64,000 nt of DNA from Chiloscyllium plagiosum (lineage: Eukaryota): contig NC_057719.1 in the NCBI RefSeq assembly GCF_004010195.1, forward strand, positions 66,051,049-66,115,048, in the 5' to 3' direction. Shown here one piece after another: positions 1 through 13,200 of the stretch; position 1 is the first letter of the stretch, and every line of letters starts with the position of its first letter. A program made the translations under genes and the position numbers. The notes beneath the pieces are model-generated. The model searched no databases. It was not told the DNA's origin and was given only the letters and a program-made list of their open reading frames with translations.

Positions 1-570
1 CAGGACATTGGTTAGGCCACTGTTGGAATATTGCGTGCAATTCTGGTCTCCTTCCTATCGGAAAGATGTTGTGAAACTTGAAAGGGTTCAGAAAAGATTT
101 ACAAGGATGTTGCCAGGGTTAGAGGATTTGAACTATAGGGAGAGGCTGAACAGGCTGGGGCTGTTTTCCCTGGAGGACCGGAGGCTGAGGGGTGACCTTA
201 TAGAGGTTTATAAAATCATGAGAGGCATGGATAGGATAAATAGACAAAGTCGTTTCCCTAGGTGGGGGAGTCCAGAAATAGAGGGCATAGGTTTAGGGTG
301 AGAGGGGAAAGATATAAAAGAGACCTAAGGGGCAACCTTTTCACTCAGAGGGTGGTAAGTGTATGGAAAGAGCTGCCAGAGAAAGTGGTGGTGGCTGGTA
401 CAATTGCGACATTTAAAAGGCATTTGGATGGGTATATGAATAGAATGGGTTTGGAGGGATAAGGGCTAGGTGCTGGCAGGTGGGACTAGATTGGGTTGGG
501 ATATCTGGTCAGCTTGGGCGAGTTGGAACGAAGATCTGTTTCCGTGCTGTACATCTCTATGACTCTATGA
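1..570 (+). mobile_element. CR1-clade LINE 3' end (ORF2 C-terminus and 3' UTR), relatively young
   Basis: VRPLLEYCVQFWSP...[15 protein letters not shown]...RRLRGDLIEVYKI; (tctatgac)n tail. Confidence 0.92.
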
Positions 571-1081
571 ACTGTTTGCATTATTAAATTACATTTGCCT
601 AATTGTGAAATGGCACTAATGTAACAGTACAAACAAACCTTCAATTTAAAAATGGTATGAGTATTGCAACACATTTTGACTTAACTCCAGGAATCAATCT
701 CCATATCTAGGGATACTTCACCACAACAATGAACAATAATAGCTAATCAGTCTCAGCTTCTGCTTTTTTTCTATCAATTTAGAGCAAGACATACTTGGCA
801 AAAGAGTACCACACGAAGTAACAGAGGGAATAGTGGTGTAAATTAACGTACTGTAGAGATGAAGTGAGATGATAATATGTATTGAATCAATTCTGCCCTA
901 GGAATATTTGACATAGATTTTGAGTACAAAAATAATCAGTATTTAATGTCATGAACATAAACTGAAGCAAACATTGAGAAAAAAACATTACATGCAAGTT
1001 TGCTATTCCTTCGAATTTGCTGAGAGTGTTATCTAATAAAGTTTGGATGGCATCGAACCAAGAAGAAAAGTGGAACATTAC

Positions 1082-1252
1082 CAGACTGTATCTTTGTTTG
1101 GCCAATGAGATTAATTCTTGGTCTCCTGCAGTGCACATATTTAAACCAATCGGAAGCAGCTTTTTAACAGCAGCCACAATCAGGGAGGTCTGTATTGAGT
1201 AATAGTCGCCTCTGCGTTTTATTTTTTTCCTTTCCTGGCCTTGCCCTTCAGC
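1082..1252 (-). CDS. ryr3: RyR exon, 171 nt: [57 protein letters not shown]
   Basis: tag acceptor, gtaatg donor, phase 0 to 0. Confidence 0.95.
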
Positions 1253-4200
1253 CTAAAATAAATGAAATTGTGCACAGCAATGAGATGTTTTGTATTGGAA
1301 TTGTTTATCAGTATATCTTTATTCAGAGATTAAGAACTTAAATAGAGATAATGTCTTTTCTGGGTAATGTATTAGGAAAACAGGAATATTGTAATGCACA
1401 AACTGGTTTAGAGATATTGTGAATTCAAAGTATTGGCAGGAAATATAAATTTAACTCATTCACACTATTCCACATGTGGTGGAACCAGGATTGGCTTCTT
1501 CAGCCATTGGCAAAGTTGTGAGAAATGAAGATCCGAGCTGAAAATGTGTTGCTGTAAAAGCGCAGCAGGTCAGGCAGCATCCAAGGAGCAGGAGAATCGA
1601 CGTTTTGGGCATGAGCCCTTCTTCAGGAATGAGCCCTCCTGAAGAAGGGCTCATGCCCGAAACGTCGATTCTCCTGCTCCTTGGATGCTGTCTGACCTGC
1701 TGCGCTTTTCCAGGAACACATTTTCAGTTCTGATCTCCAGCATCTGCAGTCCTCACTTTCTCCCAGAAATGAAGACCCATCAACTGAAATGGATTGCTAG
1801 CTGTGTCTCGCTCAGCTTTCACTGGTGAAAAGATGCTGAAACACCATTGCGTGCAAACATTCCCTTTCTGTTCCTTATGGTGCGTCAAGCTGACACATAG
1901 ATCTAAAGGCAGGAATTGCTTTTGAGTAATGAGTAGTCAAAGAGTAGCCATTTCCCCAAGTATATTCAGGCAATGAAAGCTTGCAAAATGTTTGGCTAAA
2001 GGGACTTTAACATTGAGCTAATACTTACTGGATATCCACACACCCGAGTCTTACACCAGAGGTCACTGAGACTATGACCATGATCGTCTGGTTTCATCAA
2101 CTCCCTAACCAGACACTAAATGTATTGTTCCAAATGTTAGCTAAATCAGTACATGCCATGGATCGAATCTGGAATTTCTGGGACTATAAGGATGAGTTTC
2201 ATAACATCATGGATTGAGCCATTGGAAGAAATTTAGCATTTGAGAAATTGCACAGACTGCACATCGGTCAGTAACGTTACTAGGATCATTGCAGAATAAT
2301 TATACATGTCTTTCGTATGAGTTAAGTAAATCACGCAGTGGCTTCCATTAAAAACAAATTAGGCTAAGCTTTTTTCCAGCTAACTTTCATCCAGCTACAA
2401 TGAAATACAAGGATAGAATCTCATTTATATTATTGTCACATATACATCAAGGCATCATAAATATGATCCATAGAACTGATAGCTCCAGACATGTATAAAT
2501 GTTACACACCAGCGCAAGTAACACATATATGTTAATACAAATGGAATGGATTGAAAAGCTGTGATTGTGGTAGGTTAGCTGCATACTAGCTTTTTTCTTA
2601 ATATATTGACTCTCAGTATATCTCAGGCTCTAGCAGCTGTATGCTCATGTTTTATGCCAGTGCTGCTGCAGCTATGAGCACCAATAGCACCTTTAGGATC
2701 GAGGCGAGGTGTTGAATTTATCAACAAAATAAAAATATATATCATCACCAGGCTGCCTGAACACAGTTAATTTTGATATAGTAGGCTGCATTTTGGAAAA
2801 AGCCACAGCATTGTATAATGCATCATGGAGTGAAACAGCTTAGGAAAAGGCCATTCGGTCCAACGTTCCTGAACAGACTCCTGTAGAGTCAGCCAAATAG
2901 TTAACTCTCCTCCTCTCTTCCCCTAGCCTTGACAGTTTTTTTTAATCCAATTTCCTTTTGAAAGTTTCTGTTCAGTTTGCATCCAGCACACAGGCAGATA
3001 GTGTATTCCAGCTCACCATAAATGCTGCACGTAGAAAAATCTCGTGTTTTATGCAAATTGCCTTTAATTTCTGTCTTATGGTTAGCAATGAAAGCAGGTT
3101 TTCTTTATTTACTCCATCAAAACCGTATCATTTGGTTTACATTTCCACTTCTCATTCCTTCTGACAAACTAAAACACTTCACAATTCTCTGCGTTAAATG
3201 TCTCCTATTCATTTTGTCAATTCTATGACCTTTTTAACTTTCTTGACATCACCCTCATAGCTCACACACAAGGCTGCAGGGGCAAAGCAGGAGACTGGCA
3301 CCAGGTGAATTGCTCTTGCTGAGAGTTGCCACATGGCACTATGAACTGAATGGGCTTTCTTGGTGCTGCAACTCCTTCCATTGTTCCAGAATTTCTGAGT
3401 TTTGTATCATCTGAAAATGTCAGATCTCTAATATTTGTCAAAGAGAGCTCAGGCTATTAAACCATGTCCTTGGAAACCCCAGCGTACTCTCCTCTTGGCC
3501 CCTCCAGTTCTTGAATCTTTGCTTATAGCTTCGAAAAACAGAAATGAAGACAACATTTATTTTCCTCATGGTGTTCTCCAGTTTTACAATGTTTACTGCA
3601 CAACATGCAATGTACAATATCCTTTCTGACATAAATGAGTAACTAATATCACCTACAAAACCAGTCAGGTGATATTAGATGCCTCCACTCTTACTTTAGT
3701 AGAAGTATTACTCTTACATTTTCCGTGGAACTGTTAATAAACTGTAATAAATAAACCAGCGAGTTCCAGGCAGCAATTCAACCTCATGTTTCTAGTCGCA
3801 TTAATAAACCAACCATTTGATTGAATTCACTGCCTCGTTACTTATTCTATTAGTTTAGCTATAATTTGCATTGAAGCTTTGCATTGAAAGCTATATGGTC
3901 GTGTATGGCACATTCTTCTTGGCAGTTGTACAATTTATGACAAGCAGTTAGCCTTCTGCAGAGGTTTTATACAATGAGCATAGTGCAGCATTCAGAGACG
4001 TGCATATGCTCCCCGAATATTGCACTATGCTCATTGTATAAATGAATGTGATCATTTTTTTAAAAAACACAACTGAAGTTGCCAAGCCAGCTGTGGAGCT
4101 ATTTGCATGATGACACAATCATGCAGTCTGACCTTTAGGCCAACTTGTTTACACTGCTTTGAAGAGGAAAAATGCAGGGGGAAAAAATAAATACAAGAAT

Positions 4201-7200
4201 GTTAGTAATAAGTTAACATAAAATATAAAGTAATTAAAACAGTTAACAAAAATATATTTCACACATTTTAACTTTATGACTGATCTGTGTTAAAAGCAAA
4301 AGAAAAGATTAAGAATGTCAACTTAGCAGTTAATTGTGCATCGATTGATTTTATTACTGCTGTAAATTAATGCAAAACATTAATGGTTGGTTCACAGTAT
4401 AATTTCTACTCTGGTGGGCGGGGGAGTAGCTCAGTAGTTAGCACTGCTGCATCATTGCACCAGGGTCCCAGGTTTGATTCCAGCCTTGAGTGACTATCTG
4501 TGTGGCATTGGCACATTTTCCCTGTGTCTGTGTGGGTTTCTGCTGAGTGCTCCAGTTTCCTCCCACAATCCAAATATGTGCAGGCTAACTCAATTGGCCA
4601 TGGTAAATGTGGGGTTACAAGGATAGCATGAGTGACTGGCCCTGGGTGGCATGCTCTTTGGAGGGTCGTGCAGAATCAATGGGCTGAAAGGCCTGGAGGG
4701 ATTCCAGAATTCTATAACTTTTCTGTCTCCAAGAGGTGAGGTGATAGCATTTGGAAATGAAGCTGTTTCTTGCACAATTACCATGACTAAGTCAGCTACA
4801 GAACAGTTGTCAGCAGAAAAATAGTCCCAATAATAACATTATTTTACCCCAAAATCGGAAATGTGATTGTCTGAGTGGGTGTTAATTTTCTCAATCGTTA
4901 AGCCAGACTTCATAAGAGCCTTTCTTAGTAAGATTTTCCAAAATTGATTCAAAAGTGGCAATTGGTACAGTAAAGCTTGACCTATGAGGAACTGGATCGA
5001 GCATGTTTAATTAGTTTCCCTGTATAGATTTGATCTTGGATGCAAAGGTATAGGGAAATTTATTTTCATTAGTACCTGCTACTGGTGCAACATAAAATCA
5101 GCTTAAGGCTTTCAATATTTATCAACTTTTAAATTACCAATCATAGATCCTGATGAAAATCTCATTGGAAACTTCTGTTTGGTTATTACGCATCTTATTT
5201 TGTATTAATACAATTCAATATTTTCATATTAACTATGATAGGAGCAAACTACCTTGGTCATCCAGCAGAATTTCAGGGAAGTACATTGCCCATCACTGAA
5301 TACGGGAAACATCTCCTTTCTTCATTTCCAAACATTATTTTGAGATTAAGTTATGAACTTTCAGCTAAAGATCTTATTTTGCACACCAACGTAAATAACA
5401 TTAATTCCTGCTAAGGTTCCAGTAGCTGAACCTGTTCAAAAGCTAAGAGGCTATTTTCCCCATGTGCCATAAATCTGATAGCCATTGAAACATGAAAAGT
5501 ACCGGAAATCTAATGTTTTACTTGCCTTGTGTTCTCAAATGCACTTTACAAAAAAAAACACTGATTAACAATTAGAAACCCTGACTGACATTTTTCCCCT
5601 TTTCTTTGCTTGAGGGTAATGCTCAACTGCAGTGTCTTCATGATCCAATGAAACTCTGGGTCACATCAGAGACAGATTCCTGGTCACCCCAACATCTGGG
5701 TTTTCGCTCATTACTTAAGATGTCACCTTTCTTCATTCCATCCAACTTGAATTGGGACAATGATTAAATTGCCTGGACTTGGCAGTTCAATAAACATGAT
5801 GTTCATTTTTGATTGTCTTTATTGTGTCATAATTGTATCAACTTTACTAAGTCTTGACATTGATTTACCTGATGCTATGAGAGAGAACGCATAACTTCAA
5901 ATTTTGATGTAATAAATCATGGCAATAGCATCATAATATTATGGCAACAGGCCATAATACAGGGTCTGCTATGAGAGAATTTTTAGATTGTGGAATTCAA
6001 CTCCATCACTTCAGCGATGCATTAATAAATATTGCATAGTTTCTTAAAAAACATTCAGCAATTATATCACAGCATTGTTCAAACTTTATCTCAGAAATAT
6101 CCCATTACAGCATTTAATCCAGTAGATACGTCATGCAATTTAAGGATAATTTATTGATATTTACCTTGGACATTTTGCTCTTATTATCTGCAATCAGGAA
6201 AGCCATGTTGTTGATTTCATTTTGAACCACAAAGTTTTGTTCCTCTCGCTTGAAATTCTGTAAAACAGTCATTTAGATTGAGAGAAATTAAAGGCAATCA
6301 ATAAAGTTATGTACAAGCAACATGAGGACACATAACTTGTTTATATTAATAACATTTTTGGAATTTGGATTTCAAAATAGGTAAATGTTGGTTACTTCAG
6401 TGAAGAGCTTTCCTCTTTTAAAGAAATACAAGGTCAGTGACTTTTTCTGAGACAGTGAATAAATCCAACATTCATCATAAAGCAAGTAACTGCAGACCCA
6501 CGTGGTGCTAATAGAAGAGTGTTACACTATTTGGTTTATGACAGGTAGACTAAACATGTAAGTTAATTACCTTTGTTTTTGGCTCAGAACAGTCAAGGAT
6601 TCAGCAGAAGACACCAAGGCTGAGTTTAGAAGTAGTTAAGAGTTCTGAAGAAGGGTCACTGGACCCAAAACATTAACTCTGCTTTCTCTCCATAGATGCT
6701 GCCTTCCCTGCTGAGTTTTTCCGGCAATTTCTGATTGCTTTGAAAAGTAAGTTTAGTTTCTCTCCTATAAGGAGTATAAGGCAGTTCAAAGAACAAGTCA
6801 GCAGAAGAGCTCAACTGGTTATCTCCAGGTTATTAGAACTGAGAAATATAATGCTCCTTGATTTGGTAAAAGTTCATGTCAGCAGATTTAGAAACGAATC
6901 ATCAATTGGCTAAGTAGTCCATGGCAAAGCAACAATGAGTAGTCAGTTTAGAAGAAACTTAAGAGTTGAGGTAGGGGTGCATTTTCTTTGTACTCAAGTC
7001 TCTGTAATGGATACCACCAGGAACCAGGTTGAGTCTTTGCTTTGCTGTGTGCTCATCACAACTGTCTCCTATATTTTTAAATTTCTTCTTTTGTAAAATG
7101 AGTTTGTATTCCGTTGTGAAAGTCTCATGTGACTATGTCTCAGTATAAACCACCATATTAATTAACTACACACAAAAACATCTCTCAAGCCAGATTTCAT

Positions 7201-10200
7201 TTTCACATCCATTCGTGCCATTAGCTAGAATCATAAAATCATTATGCAACTTCACTCTGCTAGCTGTGAACATTTCTGCGTTGATAATCTCACAATGTTA
7301 ACTGTGTGCTGTCAAATAACCTTATTGAACAACTGCTTCTTAAGCTGTCCTCTGGGCTAGCTGTCCCCAGCCGTCAAAGCCAACTACTTGCTCACAACAG
7401 TTCTTGTGTACAGGGCAGGTTATCAATGAATATGCCTAAAATATCTGAATCTGTTCAGCCTCCTCTTTAAAGAATACATAGCTACAATGCACTTTGGCAA
7501 ACTGACATTCCCAACATACTCTGTGGAACACACACAATAAAAGACAAAAACACAATAGCTCATGTACTGTAAACCTGAAATAGAAATTCAAAGTGGCGGC
7601 GATACTCAGCAGGTCAGACAAGATCTGCAGCGTGAAAGACAGAACTAACATTTCTGGACAATGACATCCATAAGAACTCAAGATCATATGATTTAGAATA
7701 TCAAGGGACCAATTTCTGGTGTTGACATTGGTGCTAAGTATATGAGGGCAATTTAATAAACCTCAGAAATGGAGTGAACACGGATTACAAGAATTAGGAC
7801 ACACCAATTGATCACAACAAAGGTCAAATTAATACACCTCAAGTTTGTTCAATGCTCCAAAACTTGATCATTTTTCCCTATGGTGAATGATTATTTTATC
7901 TTAATACACATATGTACTTAAGTCAGTTTGCAGATGAGGTTGTTAATTAGTTCCTTACATGTGATTTGCACCAAATGATGAAAATCTCAGCCACCATGTG
8001 GAAGAGTTCATCAGCATCTACATCTGGTTCTTTCAGCCATCTTGCCCTGGAAAAAAAACATATATTGTAGCTGAAACATATTGTTTTCATCTTGATGCAA
8101 AAAACAGCTTCAAAATTATTTTGAAAAAAGAAAATTTGCTATGAGAAAATCAATTGTGCTTTAACCATATCATTTACACAGAGTTTGGTGAAGTGCTCTC
8201 CATCTCAGAAGTGGCCAAAAGTCATCCTGGCTGGAGTAAGTCCACACCATTACCATATCATGTTAGGGTGGATCAGACTAGTTGAGAGTGGGAATTCTGC
8301 CCCTCAGTGGGAGGAAGACCCACCCTCAGAAGGTGCCTGACAATCATCACTCTCCACCAGGCCAGAGTTCAGTAGTGAGACTGCAGGAAGGATCATGAAG
8401 ATCATGACTGCCCCAGAAAAATAACTGTTGAGGTTATAGGGCAGGGAGTGATCCTAGCAATGGAGGTAGGGGACTGCATTTTGAAGGACAAGTGGCAAGG
8501 AAGAAAGGGAGGAAGGTGTGACCATTTCAGGAATGCTATGTTTTATGAATGAAACATAGAACAGTACAGCACAGGAACAGACCCTTGGTGCACCATGTCT
8601 CTGCTGACCATGATGCCACTCTAAACCAATCCCATCTGCCTGCACATGATCATATCCCCCTTTTCCCTACCTGTTCATGTGTCTGCCTAAATGCCTCTTA
8701 AACCTTGCCAATGTACCAACTTCTACCACCTCCCCTGGCAGCATGTTCCATGAATCTACTAATCTGTGTAAAAAGTTATCCATATATAACCACTGAGCCA
8801 CTGTGCAAATGTTGCTTATATGCACATTACACCAGTGGTGCTGGAAGCTGCACGCCAGCACTATTGACCAGAAGCAGGCCCAAGCCTAGCTGTGTGAGTC
8901 TGTGTTCCAAAACAGCACATACTGTAGAATTAACAATGGGCAGAGCTTAATTCCAATGCCTATCCTTGGGCTAGGTGGGAACCAAGGAACAGCGTGCAGG
9001 ACGTGTACTTCAGCTGCAAGCAAAACTGAAGCAAGCCAATACAACATTCCTAGAAAAGTAAACCTTTTTTGCAGGAACATGTTGCATAAGAATCACATTA
9101 GTAATCTTGCCTGTTGTAATCCACGTAGCGAATTAAAATAGGATAAAAAGAATAGAGATCACGACAGAGAACGGCAAACTCATCCAGAATTAGTAGCTCA
9201 GCTTCCTGGGTATCTGACTTGACTTCTGCTTTCATCTGTTCTTCCTCCATGACAACCTTTAATACTTTCTTCTTTAGTTTCTCCAGGGTTGGTAGGAATT
9301 GGTTTTTCAGTAATTCAGGTTTAGCTTTGCTTATGATTGGCTGAGCATACACTGGAAAATACAAAACATTGACACAGTTAGTTAACGTAATACATTAACT
9401 TGGGGTCAGTGATATAATGATGGGTGTATGTTGGAAGCTGACTCCACATACAATTAGACGCATTAAACCCTCTTCTCACTCGATGTGCCTAACCTGGCTC
9501 AGTACAATGAAGCTTTGGGAATCTACAGTTTGCAATATAGATTAGGGCACTTTCATCGTGGTATTTGGGCATGCTCCTCATTATGTGGTTGGGCCACATG
9601 TAGTGAATAATCTTCCACTTACTTAATGCCCACTACAAAATATTCAGGGAAAAAATGTATAGTTAACTTACCTTTATGGTCCTGCCTTTTGCCACAAGGG
9701 AGCAGAATCGTAAAATTAAAGTTAATCTATTCAGGAGTGATATCAGAATGCCTCTCTTCACAAAAGGGGTCATGGAAGTTTGGAATTCTTTCAGTCAAAA
9801 CTATTGTTAGTTAACATTGCAAGATGGAGAGAAAACAGATTGTTCTTAGGCAAGGTTATTAAGAGATGTAGAATAGTGATTGTTAAACGGAGTTGAGGTA
9901 CAGATTGACCATGATCCAACTGAATGATAGAACAGGTTCAAGGGGATAAATGATCTACTCCATGTTTCTATGTTCCTGATCTATTGGCTAGAAATTGTAG
10001 TGGAGTGTGCTGAGATTTTGAAAAATTCAGTTAAAGGCTTTCTTTCTTTCCGGAGTGTTCAAAAGCCAGAACAAGGCAGTTAAGATTTACTTTCAATGTG
10101 AAAGTGGAAGTATATCTGTAGTCTTCTACTATTAAGTGATGTTTGATATGAACTACTTAATGTTTAATATCCATCAAATATTAGGTACATGTATGCATGT

Positions 10201-13200
10201 ATTTAATCAAAATAAAGTGGATCTACTATTTAATTGAATTTAGAGCAGAAAGTTCCATAGAAAAAGTGCATAGAGAACTGTAAAAAGCACACAGGAAAAT
10301 TAATATATCAAAAGAGGCTTCAAACTATATTATATTCTTACCTGCAAGTCTCTTCATCCAGGAAGCATCATCAATGCCGAGATTATTGTTCAAAATTTTC
10401 AGGATGTTGCCCAAGATCACACTCAGATGTTCAGAAGTGACTACAGTACAGCAGTTGCCAGTAGGTTTATTCTCTGGACCTCTTTCCCACCAGTATGACA
10501 GATAATTACATAACATGGGCAAAATAACTTCAATAATATGAGGTATCTCAGTGTATCTGGCTCCAGATTCTGCCATGTCAGTGATATCTTTTATTAGCAC
10601 ATCTAGTTGAGGCATCTCTGGGCATACTTCCTCTACTGTATCTGGCAAACCTAGAACTAGAAAGACAACAAAGTGTTATCCTTGCACTTCACATTATAAC
10701 TGCCTTTCAGATTTGTAAAGAAAAGAAACTTATCTAAATAAAAATTATTCAACAGCAATAATTTGCATTTATATGGCCCTTTATTGAAGCATTTTAAAAA
10801 TGAAACCTTAACCAAGGTTGAGCTATTAAGTGAGACCAGCAAAAGCTTTGCCAAAGAGGCATTTTTGAGGAAATTTCTCATTGAAGAAAACAGAAGTGAA
10901 TTTTCCTGGAATCTCAATAATGCTTAGAGCAACTAGCAGAGAAATTATTGATGGAATTTTGTTGGATTTTGAGGAGAACTTTGGAATTAGGGGTAAAAAG
11001 GCTAGATGACTGAATGGGGCAGTTGGAGATAGGAACTCATGTTCTGAGCACTTTCAGGAATACATCCAGAGTTTGCCAGGTGATGGAGTTTCAGGAAGGA
11101 ATTCCAATAGATGGAGAGCGATGCACAAGTGATCAAAGTTTGAGCAGAAAGCTTCAAATGGGTTTCAAGTCTTAGGAAGCTGTAGAGTTAGGAGAAATAA
11201 AGGACTGAAGAAATTTAATGAAGAATGAATGGGAGATTTTTTATTTGAGGCAGTGGGACATCCCAAAGTCACATAAGATCAGGAAGGGAAAGTGTGTTAG
11301 ATAAGTGGGGCTTATTGAGGGATAAGACTAGCAAAGGTTTGAATAAACTGATATATGTCAAGCATTCAGTATGGAAACCAGGCCAGGTTTATAAGATGAT
11401 ATGGGGAATAGATAGAGTAGACAGTCAGAGACTTTTTCTCCGGGTACAACAGAGTGTTACAAGGGGACATAAATTTAAGGTGAAGGGTGGAAGGTATAGG
11501 GGGGATGTCAGGGGTAGGTTCTTTACCCAGAGAGTGGTGGGAGCATGGGATTCTGACTCTGCCTGTGGGAGTGGCAGAGTCAGAATCATTGGTGACCTTT
11601 AAGTGACAATTGGATAGGTACATGGATAGGTGCTTAAGCCAGGACAAATGTTTGGCACAACATCGTGGGCCGAAGGGCCTGTTCTATGCTGTATTGTTCA
11701 ATGTTCTATGTTCTATGAACTAAACACATACTAGGTCAGGATATGCCAATAAAGGAACAATTATAATTATGACCAAAAGTTATGATGACTCAACTTAACT
11801 AAAATATGATTAATGTAAAGAACTCTCCAGACTGTAAAAAAATGAATGGTTTCATATTTTCATACTGTGATATGAGGATTCCTGCCAAAGATCCAACAAT
11901 TTCCGTGTCATTGTGCTTGCAATCTAACTAATCTCATGCAACAGTGCAAGTCATGTACAAAATTTTTGATATGTCACATTTTCCAATTTATGCTGAAGAA
12001 ATAACTTTGCCTCTATGCCTCTCCTCCTATTTTTCATAAAACATAAGAAAATGTTAGTTGGCAACAATCCAGCAATGTCAGGCAGGATGAGAGAAAAACT
12101 TCCCACCCATAGTTTTGTGGGAACCGTGAGTGGGATTCTCATTGAGGAATTTTTCTCGTTTGGCCGACAGAGAGGTGGCGTAAGATTGGCATTGCTTTTC
12201 TTTGGGAACGACATGCTAATGAGGCATTCTGGCCCAGAACTTAAAGGAACACTATTAAATGGCCTTCTCACCACCAAGCTCACCATCAGCAAGAGCAGAA
12301 AATCCACCCAAGGACCTTCTCATCAGCTGAGAGGAACAAACATGTTACAATGCAAATGTTTGACATTTAATAATGCACAGCATTCTGTAAACTTATACTG
12401 TCACTTGTGGCTTGGGTACCTTTCCTGGCTAACATAATAGTCTTTCGGAAAGAGAGTCATATCGTGCCCATCCCTACCACTGGCCCAACGTGTTCTGACC
12501 TCTGCTGAGGAAGTGTGTCAAAACCTATCCAAGCAGATCGACTATAAAAAAGCTCTCTTTCTAACTGCCAATCGTGGTCCAAGTTCATTTTCTGGCCAAT
12601 GAAGTTGAAGTGGTCAGAAGACTGGATACAATTCCACCTACCTTGGAGCTGTGTCATAGCATGTCCAAACAGGTTGATTAAAAATAATTTTCTTTGGATT
12701 TCCATATGATTGAATACTTTATGAATTTAAAAATGAGCATAAGAAGTCGGAATAGAGCAGGCCATTTGACTTCTCAAGCCTGCCCCTGCCATTCAATGGT
12801 TTCATGGCTGATCTGACATTTCTCATTTCAACTTTCCGGTATTTTTCCTGTAATCCTTGATTCTCCTCCTGATCAAAAATCTACCTCAGCCTTAAATATA
12901 CACAAGTGCTTTGCCCCCACAGGTCTCTGTGGCAAAGAGTTCCAAAGACTCATAACCCTCAGTAAAGAAATCCCTCTTCATCTCAGTCTTAAATTGGCAC
13001 CTCTTTATTCTGAGACGATGCCCTCTGATCCTAGATTCTCCCAGGAGGGGAAACATCCTCTCAGCATTTACCCTGTCAAGCCCCTTAGGAATCCTGTACA
13101 TTTCAACAAGATCACCTCTCATGCTTCTAAACTCCAGTGAGTAGAGTACCAACATGTTTAGCTGTTACTCATAAGGCAATCCCTCCATACCAGAGATCAT

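Noticed and set aside
1535..1764. Palindromic repeats as a CRISPR array or bacterial terminators
   Set aside because: Spliced vertebrate gene context, no repeat-spacer periodicity and no cas genes.
5146..5178. cctgatgaaaatctcattggaaacttc hammerhead-like string
   Set aside because: Stem II pairs poorly and there is no family flank; may be chance or too decayed to call.
12015..12437. 140-aa plus-strand ORF and overlapping 118-aa minus-strand ORF
   Set aside because: No recognisable domain or splice context; intronic and probably chance or decayed repeat.
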